In this document: positions 7,988 to 17,000 of the stretch, piece after piece
Layout: each line of letters begins with the position of its first letter
Numbering within the stretch: the stretch's first letter is position 1
Source of the DNA: Pirellula staleyi DSM 6068
GTDB lineage: Bacteria > Planctomycetota > Planctomycetia > Pirellulales > Pirellulaceae
DNA length: 32,000 bases
NCBI GenBank assembly: GCA_000025185.1
Contig: CP001848.1
Location: 390,001 to 422,000 of the forward strand
Reading direction: 5' to 3'
Notes under the pieces: model-generated
What the model was told of the DNA's origin: nothing
Seen by the model: only the letters and a program-made list of their open reading frames with translations
The model's database searches: none
Made by a program: the position numbers and the translations under genes

Positions 7988-8330
7988 TCATTCGAATAAT
8001 CGATAGGACGCTCCGCTGCCGCCCCGACCTTTCGCCGCAGTTAATCTTTTGTTTCCACGGAATCAGGCTTGCCAGCGGAATCGGCTAGACGCAAAACTGC
8101 ATGCACTTTATAAATCGTAGTGAACTGCACAGTGTCTGTCAATCAAAGCGCACTGGCTGTCCGATCCGGCGACGAGAAAGTGAGCTGCACCGCTGCCGAA
8201 GGGAGGCTGTCGGTGCTGTGCCCCCAACGATTCTGGCAATTGCACGTCCGACCGGAAATTAATCCCCCATAATCTCCCCGCATAGCTACGATAGATCAAC
8301 GCTTCGCTTACCCGTCGCCCGTTTTGTTTT

Positions 8331-11300
8331 ATGGATCAGCAGAATGAAGGTCGCTACATGATGGGGACAAAGTTTTCGCTGGTATTGGCTGGGGGGACGT
8401 TTGTCATCGCAATAGCGTCGGTGCTTGCGGAACCACCTAGCGAGCCGACGCAAGCCGCTGCGGCACCGATCGCCGTGAAGACCGACGCTCCCGATGCCGA
8501 CACGGACCAGACTGTCTTGCGCGATAAGGCCATGCGGGTGCTGGAGACTTACTGCTTCTCCTGTCACGGATCGAAGAAACAGCAGGGTGATGTGCGATTC
8601 GATGCGCTGGAGACGATTGATCCTGTCGATCAGCAGAAGCTCTTTGAAAACGCCAAGAGTGCGTTGCACTTGCAAGAGATGCCGCCTGAAGAGGCGAAGC
8701 AGCCGAGCGAGGCGGAGCGTGCGGTTTTGATGCAGTGGCTCGATAGCCAAATCGTTGGCGAGGCGGCGCAGGCGCTGGCGGAGAAGTTACTGCGATTCGA
8801 ATACGGCAATGTCGTTAATCACGACGATCTTTTTTCCGGCAAGTATGCCGACCTCCCCGGCTCCTCGCCCGACCGTCGTTGGCTGATCAGCGAGTACATC
8901 TTCAACGAAAAGGTAAATCGTCTTCTCGACTATCGCCCGACCCGGACCATCTACGGCAAGCAGTATCCAGTCCAGGGCGACAGCGGGATTCACTGGAGCC
9001 CCAAGACCGAACAAGGCAACAAATTCCGCCGGACGATCACCAACCCCTTCCTGCTGCCGAAGAGAGACGGTGTCCGATACTCCAGCCATGATGCGCTCAC
9101 CGCTGGTCACCTGCTGACGATGATCGGCAACGCCAAGATCATCGCAGGCCACATGTCCTCCGAATCAACGATGAAGTCGCAATACCCGGCGATGTATTCG
9201 CTGATGCAAACCGAACTCGAGCAGCGCAGCACGCTGCGCTCACGCGAGCAGTTCCTTTCCACCTACACCTACATGGATCGCCTGCTCAACGATATCTACG
9301 GGCAGCAGCACGCCTCCTTGCTGCCTCCCTTGAAGCGGCTGGATGTGCGGTACCCAGAACCTGTCATGAAGAATGGCAAGGCGTTCATCGAAACCAATCT
9401 AGGCCTGCTCGGGCGGAACGATCTCATCGACCTCACCGCGGTTTACCGAGGCATCCACGCCTATCAGGGTGAAGGGGTCGAGTACGACCAGATCATCGAG
9501 CAGTGTGAGCGGGAATGGTTCATGGAAGGGGTCGTCGAATCGCGCATTCATAACCGGATCTCGATGATGAAGGCCTTTTATGTTCTCTGGGACATGGAAG
9601 GGATATTCAAGATCGCATCGAGCAGCCAGTATTCCCGGCCCAAGTATGTGCCGCTCAGTGATGCGGAAATGGCCGTGATCGTCCAGTCGATTCAAAAGCA
9701 CCGCCAGCAGGGAGACACCTATCAGGACATCATCAACAAGTGCATGGCCGACTGGGAGGCTTCGTTCAAGGGACAGCAGCATGCAAACTCTGCGTCCGAC
9801 CATACGCTCTTGTCGCAAATGGTGATCCAGCTCTACGAGAAGATTTTTGAGCGTAAGCCGACCCAGGACGAAATCGAGAACAACCTCTCGATGCTCCAGT
9901 CATTCATGGGCAGACTCGGGCGCCAAGCGGCGATCGCCAAGCTGATCGAGTCGATGATCCTGAATACGGAGTTCGCTTACCGCTATGAATATGGCCAAGG
10001 TGAGGCAGACCAGCACGGCCGAAGGATTTTGTCCCCGCGTGATGCGAGCTACGCGCTGGCTTACGCATTGACCGATTCGAGCCCCGATGCAGGGCTGGTC
10101 AAAGCGGTGCAAGAAGGTCGTTTGAGCACGCGCGAGGACTACGAGCGCGAAGTCCGGCGGATGCTGAAAAAACGCGACGTTTGGACCATCATCGACGAGG
10201 GGGTGCAAGCTGCCAATCTCAACGCCAGCGTGACCAACCAGCCAATCCGCAAGCTTCGGTTTTTCCGCGAGTTTTTCGGCTACCCCAAGGCGATGAGTGT
10301 CTTCAAGGACGATGTTCGTTTCGGTGCCGGTCCCCATGAACCAGCGCTCAGCCGGTTGATCGACGAAGCGGACATGCTGGTGGAATACGTCCTCCACAAG
10401 GATAAACAGGTCTTCGAAGAACTATTGACCACCGACCAATTCTATGTGTTTCACTCCGGCGATCCGAAGGAGATGCAGGCCGGTTCTGATCGATACCACT
10501 CGGTTTACAACTACTTCAAAAAATACGACTGGAGGAATTGGACCCCAGCTGATTGGTACGAGCACAAGCCCTTCTATTCGCAAAACGAAGCCCTGAAGTC
10601 GCACAAGGTGGTGGCGGGTAACGAGATTGTGAATGCCTCGCAGGACGATCCGAAACTCGGCAGCTATTTCAAGGCTTTCCTCGTGCAGATGGAGAACCTC
10701 GAGAGACGATTTGGTGAAGGCCAGCAGAATGCCGTCCCTTATCACACGTTTGGCCGGGGCTTTTGGCGACCCAACGTGGTGCTCGGCAGAACCGGCCAGC
10801 AGATGCGTGGTCATGAGGCGACCAGTTACTGGAACATCGACTGGCGCAGCTGGGACTACCCGACTCAGCAACCAGTATCGATCCCCAACCGCAAAGGAAT
10901 CCTCACCCACCCGGCCTGGCTGATCGCCTACTCACAAAACCTCGAGACCGACCCGATTCACCGTGGAAAATGGGTCCGAGAGAAACTGCTAGCCGGAACA
11001 ATTCCCGACGTGCCGATCACCGTGGATGCTGTCATCCCCCCCGATCACACGAAGACGATGCGTCAACGGATGGAAGGCCGCACGGGAGCCGAGTTCTGCT
11101 GGCGATGCCACCAGAAGATGGACCCGCTCGGTTTCCCCTTCGAGCTTTACGACGACTTTGGTCGATTCCGGACCGAGGAGAACCTCGAACACCCCGAGAA
11201 CCTTATCAAACCCGCTCCGAAACACAATGCTCCCGTCGAAGAGCTTACGTTCGGGGCCCACCTGCCGGTCTATAAGACGCTGCCGGTTGATGCCCGTGGT

Positions 11301-11594
11301 ATGCTCAGTGGAACGGGTGATTCGGCGCTTGATGGTGATGTTAAAGATGCGTTCGACTTGATCGACCGCCTGGCGAAGTCCGACAAGGTTCGCCAGTCGA
11401 TCATCCGCCATGCGTTCCGCTACTTCCTGGGGCGCAACGAGACCCTTGCCGATTCCAAAACACTGATCGATGCCGAAAAGGCTTATCTCCAGAGCAATGG
11501 CAGCTTCGACGAAGTGATCGTCGCGCTACTCACCTCTGACTCCTTCATCTATCATAAGTCGCCGACGATATCGCCAATCCCAGCGAAGGACTAA
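8331..11594 (+). CDS. Planctomycete CxxCH-motif protein of the DUF1592/DUF1588/DUF1585 family (long paralog, 1087 aa)
   Basis: It carries CFSCHGSKKQQGDVRFDAL, HRGKWVREKLLAGTIPDVP, CWRCHQKMDPLGFPFELYDDFGRFR and FRYFLGRNETLAD. This is the same block order as the 5283-7463 protein. An alternative start at ATG 8358 has GAAGG 7 nt upstream and would begin MMGTKFSLVLAGG (signal peptide). Confidence 0.9.
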   Translation: MDQQNEGRYMMGTKFSLVLAGGTFVIAIASVLAEPPSEPTQAAAAPIAVKTDAPDADTDQTVLRDKAMRVLETYCFSCHGSKKQQGDVRFDALETIDPVDQQKLFENAKSALHLQEMPPEEAKQPSEAERAVLMQWLDSQIVGEAAQALAEKLLRFEYGNVVNHDDLFSGKYADLPGSSPDRRWLISEYIFNEKVNRLLDYRPTRTIYGKQYPVQGDSGIHWSPKTEQGNKFRRTITNPFLLPKRDGVRYSSHDALTAGHLLTMIGNAKIIAGHMSSESTMKSQYPAMYSLMQTELEQRSTLRSREQFLSTYTYMDRLLNDIYGQQHASLLPPLKRLDVRYPEPVMKNGKAFIETNLGLLGRNDLIDLTAVYRGIHAYQGEGVEYDQIIEQCEREWFMEGVVESRIHNRISMMKAFYVLWDMEGIFKIASSSQYSRPKYVPLSDAEMAVIVQSIQKHRQQGDTYQDIINKCMADWEASFKGQQHANSASDHTLLSQMVIQLYEKIFERKPTQDEIENNLSMLQSFMGRLGRQAAIAKLIESMILNTEFAYRYEYGQGEADQHGRRILSPRDASYALAYALTDSSPDAGLVKAVQEGRLSTREDYEREVRRMLKKRDVWTIIDEGVQAANLNASVTNQPIRKLRFFREFFGYPKAMSVFKDDVRFGAGPHEPALSRLIDEADMLVEYVLHKDKQVFEELLTTDQFYVFHSGDPKEMQAGSDRYHSVYNYFKKYDWRNWTPADWYEHKPFYSQNEALKSHKVVAGNEIVNASQDDPKLGSYFKAFLVQMENLERRFGEGQQNAVPYHTFGRGFWRPNVVLGRTGQQMRGHEATSYWNIDWRSWDYPTQQPVSIPNRKGILTHPAWLIAYSQNLETDPIHRGKWVREKLLAGTIPDVPITVDAVIPPDHTKTMRQRMEGRTGAEFCWRCHQKMDPLGFPFELYDDFGRFRTEENLEHPENLIKPAPKHNAPVEELTFGAHLPVYKTLPVDARGMLSGTGDSALDGDVKDAFDLIDRLAKSDKVRQSIIRHAFRYFLGRNETLADSKTLIDAEKAYLQSNGSFDEVIVALLTSDSFIYHKSPTISPIPAKD

Positions 11595-11597
11595 GGC

Positions 11598-13004
11598 ATG
11601 CTGATCAACCGCCGTGAATTGCTAAAGACGACCGCCCTGGGCACCACAACACTGGCGTTCACGCCATCGTTTAACTACCTCCTCGCTGCTCCTGCTAGCG
11701 CTGTGCCGGCCCGCGATTCTGGTGTCCCCCACCGGTTTGTCTTCATCCGAAAATCCAACGGCAATCTCCCCTTCCAATTTGCCCTCCCCTCGTTTTCTGC
11801 CGAAGAAGCGAAGATGGACAAAGAGAAGCAGGCGTTCGAGGTGTCGCTCGATAAGCACGAACTTCCCGAGTGGCTCCGCGGACTCGATGCTCACAAGCAG
11901 AACATGACGGTGCTGCACGGCATCTCCATGTCAGTCTCCGGTGGCGGGCACTACTCGTACTCGGGCTGCATGGGAGCGTACAAGGCAGGACGCGACATCC
12001 TCAGCAACATCAAGTGGGCAACGGTTGACTTCGAACTCGCCAAACTGTTCCCCTCCCCCTTTGGCCACGTGGAGATGTCGCTGGCGGTCCCGCACGGACG
12101 TGAATTCCGGACCGGGATTGTCTCAGGGTACTCCGCCCCAGCCGCCAATCAGCGCAACTATTGTTACGCCGATCCGATGACCGCTTACAACGAACTTTTC
12201 AAGTCCGTGCTGGATCAAGGAATGGTCGCCTCCGATAACACCTTGCTGGACTACCTCCGCGAGGAAGAGTCCCATCGGCTCCAGGGGTTGGATGGCGAAG
12301 AACGGGTGAAGATCGACAACCAAGTTCGGGCCCTCGAAGCGATCCGTGAGCGTAACGAGAAGGTCACGGCGCTCGGTGAAACCATCAAAAAACACCTGCC
12401 GAAGCTCGATCCGATCCACGACAACGGCGGACGAGACGCGACGCTCCCCAGCAAGATGGCGGCTTACACCGACGTCATTGTCGCCGCGCTTGTGTCGGGC
12501 CTGACCAATGTGGTGACCTACACGATTGACGACTTGGGGACCGACATCAGCACCCTTCCCGAGAACGAAGAGAAGACCAGCATCCACGCGATCGGCCATG
12601 GCCAAGGGGGCAGGTCGGACGAAATGCGCAGCGTGATGCAAACCCACCACATGAGGCAAGTCGAAACCCTGGTCAACAAACTCAAGGCCGTCCCCGAAGG
12701 CAACGGCACGATGTTCGATAACACCACGATCATCTACATGCCCGAGACAGGCGCGGGACACCATAGCCCCGACACCGAAGCTCCCATGGTGATCATGTCT
12801 GGCAAAAACTCGAAGCTCGACCTAGCCGGCCGATACATCCGTCTGCCGTTCCATGGCACCGAGGGGCACAAGACTCTGAGCAACTGGTACACCACGCTGC
12901 TCAATGCTTACGGTAACCCGATCAAGCACTACGGCGATCTGGACCTGACCATGCAGCGCAACCGACTGGACCAGCTCGGTGCGATCAAGCGATTCCTCGC
13001 CTAA
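11598..13004 (+). CDS. DUF1552 domain protein with Tat signal
   Basis: The N-terminus is MLINRRELLKTTALGTTTLAF. The blocks FVFIRKSNG, GAGHHSPDTEAPMVIMSG and GHKTLSNWYTTLLNAYG parallel those of 3904-5286. It starts 3 nt after the upstream stop. Confidence 0.9.
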   Translation: MLINRRELLKTTALGTTTLAFTPSFNYLLAAPASAVPARDSGVPHRFVFIRKSNGNLPFQFALPSFSAEEAKMDKEKQAFEVSLDKHELPEWLRGLDAHKQNMTVLHGISMSVSGGGHYSYSGCMGAYKAGRDILSNIKWATVDFELAKLFPSPFGHVEMSLAVPHGREFRTGIVSGYSAPAANQRNYCYADPMTAYNELFKSVLDQGMVASDNTLLDYLREEESHRLQGLDGEERVKIDNQVRALEAIRERNEKVTALGETIKKHLPKLDPIHDNGGRDATLPSKMAAYTDVIVAALVSGLTNVVTYTIDDLGTDISTLPENEEKTSIHAIGHGQGGRSDEMRSVMQTHHMRQVETLVNKLKAVPEGNGTMFDNTTIIYMPETGAGHHSPDTEAPMVIMSGKNSKLDLAGRYIRLPFHGTEGHKTLSNWYTTLLNAYGNPIKHYGDLDLTMQRNRLDQLGAIKRFLA

Positions 13005-13439
13005 CGCTTTCCGCAGGTGCAAGCCTTCACGTGCTGCACATTTCAACCCAGCCTCAGCCCCACCGCGCAGCGCACGATTCTGACGCGGTTTACAGCCGAC
13101 CACAGGTCAGCGGCGATCTCTAGTCCCAACATTCTCGGCGCACTATCTCACACTGGGCTAGTGTCTGTCGCACGGACGAGTAGCGCGCGTGGCAGCAAAA
13201 ATCCTCGCGCAAATTGACGAAACAGCCGCACCAAAAAAGTGAGATGCGCTCGACCGCGATGCTGAAGCGCTCGATAGATCGATCGGCGACGCTGGAGGAT
13301 AATGCGCAGCAGGCTCAGGACTTACGGGAGATAGAGACCAAGCCGTGGAGCAGGTCGCCGAGAAAATTCACGTTTTTTATCGATTCGGTGTCGAAAGGTC
13401 TCCGGAAGCTGTGTTTGTCCTTGGTAGGAGACTCGACGC

Positions 13440-14051
13440 GTGACCAATTCCGACAGCCAATTCCCTGAAACCCATGCCAGCTTGTTGCTGCAGGTGCAGG
13501 CTGGGGACAGTCAGGAAGCGTGGCTCGAATTTGTCTCGATCTATAGTCCGATCATTTATCGTCTGGCTCGCCGCCGTGGACTACAAGATGCGGATGCTCA
13601 GGACTTGGCTCAGAAGGTTCTGATCTCCATTTCCCGATCGATTGAGCACTGGCAGAAAAACGAAGAGTCGGTTCGTTTTCGCCACTGGCTACGACGCGTT
13701 GCCAAGAACGCAATCTGCAACGCCCTGACGCGCCAGCCCAAGGATCGCGCTGGTGGCGGTACGTCGCTTCAGAACTTCCTTGAAGAACGAGCCGATCCAG
13801 ACCACTTTCAGGCTCGCGAACTTGAGCTCGAGCATCGCCGCGAACTCTTCTTGCGCGCCGCGGCAGCCGTAAAAGCCGATGTGGCGGCGGAAACCTGGCT
13901 GGCATTTCAATTGGCCGTTGTTGAAGGGCTTCCCATGGAAGAGGTCGCAGCCCGGGTGAACAAATCGGTGGGGGCCGCCTATGCAGCGCGCGGTCGAGTG
14001 ATGCATCGTCTTCGACAAGTCGTGGATGAAATGGAGCAGCGCGAATCATGA
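13440..14051 (+). CDS. ECF-type RNA polymerase sigma-70 family factor
   Basis: It has a GTG start with AGGAG 9 nt upstream. The region-2-like segment is WLEFVSIYSPIIYRLARRRGLQDADAQDLAQKVL. The region-4 HTH is LPMEEVAARVNKSVGAAYAARGRVMHRLRQ. Its stop overlaps the kinase ATG. Confidence 0.85.
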   Translation: MTNSDSQFPETHASLLLQVQAGDSQEAWLEFVSIYSPIIYRLARRRGLQDADAQDLAQKVLISISRSIEHWQKNEESVRFRHWLRRVAKNAICNALTRQPKDRAGGGTSLQNFLEERADPDHFQARELELEHRRELFLRAAAAVKADVAAETWLAFQLAVVEGLPMEEVAARVNKSVGAAYAARGRVMHRLRQVVDEMEQRES

Positions 14052-17000
14052 AGACAAGCCAGTGTGATCGAAAGCGGATCGACGACTTCTTCCAGAAAGT
14101 AGAAATTGACTCGGACCCAGAATTGACGCAGCACCTGCAGCAGTGCGAGGTGTGCCGGGAGTATTTTGATTCCCAAGCTGCGCAACCTACCCTCTGGCTC
14201 GAAGCGCAGAAGTTGCTCCGGCCAACCGAGTTTGATCTGGCCAGCTCCGCCGATTTCTCAGCTGGCGGCCTAGAGTCTCGTGCGACTCCATCGACACTTG
14301 CGATTCAATCGATCCTCGATTCACTCGCTCCATCGGAGGATCCGGCTCGGCTCGGGCGTTTAGGTACCTACGAAGTATCAGGCGTTGTTGGTGCCGGTGG
14401 CATGGGGGTCGTACTCAAAGCGTTTGACCCTTCGCTGGATCGCGTGGTCGCGATTAAAGTCTTGGCACCCCATCTCGCCAACAACGGCACCGCTCACAAA
14501 CGCTTTTCCCGTGAAGCGAAAGCGGCAGCGGCCGTTTTGCATCCGAACGTCATCCCCATCCATGGTGTGTCGAGCGAGACTGTGCTTCCCTACCTGGTGA
14601 TGGCGTACATCCGCGGGGGCTCACTACAAAAACGGTTGGATCGCGAAGGTCCGCTGACCACGGTAGAGATACTTCGCATTGGATCGCAGGTTGCCGCAGG
14701 ACTGGCTGCGGCACACGATCAAGGACTTATCCATCGAGACATCAAACCAGAAAACATCTTATTAGAAGATGGCGTTGAACGTGTCACGCTCACCGACTTT
14801 GGTCTGGCCCGCGCCGTCGATGACACTTCCGTGACACGCGAGGGGACAATCGCCGGAACACCTCAGTACATGTCTCCCGAACAGTCGCGTGGGGAATCGA
14901 TCGATCAAAAAAGCGACCTCTTCAGCCTAGGGAGCGTTCTCTACACCCTTTGTACCGGCCGTCCACCCTTTCGAGCCGACTCCTCGTACGGAGTGATGCG
15001 GCGAATCAGTGACGAAACGCCGACGCCGATTCGTGAGCTGAATCCCGATATTCCGGATTGGCTGGTCGGCATTATCGCGAAGCTGATGGCAAAGGAAAAA
15101 GCCGAACGCTTTGGTTCCGCCAGCGAGGTCCGCGACCTCCTGGAAGCATGCTTGAGCCATGTTCAACATCCGACCGCGGTAAGTTTGCCATCCCGATGGC
15201 TGACAACGCACAAGACACTCCCTAGGAAAAAGAACACGCTATTCCGCACACATAAAATGATTGGAGCATTATCGATGTTTAGTTTATTGATCGTCCTAGC
15301 GCTGGGCTCATTCCTATTTCAAGGCGACACCGAGACGTCACAGAACACAAGCGAAACAAAAGATGTCAGTGAAACAACAGGCGAGGTAGTAGGTCACGGC
15401 TACACTCGCAAGGGTGAATTCATTTACTTTAAGAACCAGCGGATCGACCAAGCTGGCAAGGAAGATATTGACGAGTTCGCCAAATTCATTGGCCACCCCC
15501 TGAAGCTCTGCTCCAACGTCGATGCAGTAAGTTTTAAAGCCCTAAGCGAAGAGTACTCCAAAGACAAGAACAAGGCCTATTATAAATGGATCAGCCAAGA
15601 TCATTTTTGGGTTGTAGAACTTCCCATGGCAGATGCCAACAGTTTTGAGGTAGTCGGGTTCAACTTCGGCAAAGATGGCAAACACGTCTGGTGGTACGGC
15701 AAAGTGCTGCCAGGGGTAGATCCGCTGACGGTAGAAATTGTTAATGATGGTTTTGTTTGGAAGGATGCCAAAAGTGTTTGGTATCAGCACGAGAAAATTA
15801 CTGATGCCGATGTCAACACTTTTAGGCATCTTGAGCAAGCCTTCTACTGCGACGCAACTCGAGTCTACTGGTCGTCGACGCCTCTCGAAGGTGCCGATCC
15901 CAACACCTTTCGTACTTTTGGCGATGACAGTCCATACGGTGCTGACCGACATAGCGTTTGGAAAGGTGCTACCAAGATCGCGGGTCTCGATAGCGCAACA
16001 TTCGAACCCATACATCAGTCGATCTACAAGGACAAAAATGGCGTATATGCCAGTGGCTATCCTATGAAAGATGCGGATCCGAAAACGTTTCGAAAAGTCG
16101 CGAACCTTGATCAGCACTTTACGGCCTTATTTGCGGATGGGGATAAGTACTACATCTTCCTCCCGTTTCGAGGTGAGGTTTTTCTGCTAGAACCAACCAC
16201 CGACTCGCTAAAAGTTAGTCGCCAGATCTGGTCCCCTGGAGCTCCACAGCATCGAAAGGCTGGCGTTGAGCCCGTCGCTATCTCTGCGGCTGAACTCACC
16301 GCCGATGGCTGGAGCAAGCATCACGTTGCAACGCAACTGGATGACAGTGCCGTCAAGTCGCTCAAGGATCAAGAATCACACCTGTTTACCATCTATCAGG
16401 AGCAGTTCACGAAAGCCTGGGCTGTTTTGCGTGATGGGCCTATTCCAACGAGTCAACTCCAGGGAAAGACAACCCGAGCAGAGCCCACAGGTGGCAAGAC
16501 AGTAGACGAAGCTTGGCGAACCGATCTTGTTGCTTTCGAAAAGTTCCTCAGTGAGCTTGTAGCCAAGGGGCGGGTCCCGAGTAAGCAGGAGTTGGCCAAT
16601 CGCATCAAGATCAGCCCGCAGGGCAAACTGGCGAACTCCGAGGTCCTGCCAGTTACCAAAGGAGCCGGTGGATTTATTGATCTCAAGTCTGGCCAGGATA
16701 CGGTGCAGTTTCAAGCGAATGAAGCTCTCCAGGGGGAGAAGGTGACTTGGGAATTTAAGCTCGGCCGGGATGTTTTGATCCGCAATGGCGGTATTGTGTT
16801 GACACCGCAGTCAATCACCGATCAGGATGCGAAGGATCCGAAAAAAACCGCCCCATACCTGAGTGCCATTAAGGCGAGTGTCCCTCGTGACCAAGCAGCT
16901 GAGATGGCGTTCAAGGCTGGAGATCTCGTTAAAGTGGAAGGTACGATCGGCGATTCTTCGAGCAACAAAGGTACCGCTGCTCTACTGTCGCCGTCGGGCC

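Noticed and set aside
12123-12764. A 213-aa minus-strand ORF
   Set aside because: It is nested antisense within the DUF1552 gene (11598-13004), and no motifs support it.
13214-13468. An 84-aa ORF upstream of and overlapping the sigma factor start
   Set aside because: It has no recognisable features and overlaps the better-supported GTG start of the sigma gene. The region is more likely promoter or leader sequence.
13552-14049. A 165-aa minus-strand ORF
   Set aside because: It is antisense to the ECF sigma factor gene. It is Pro/Arg-rich and a shadow frame.
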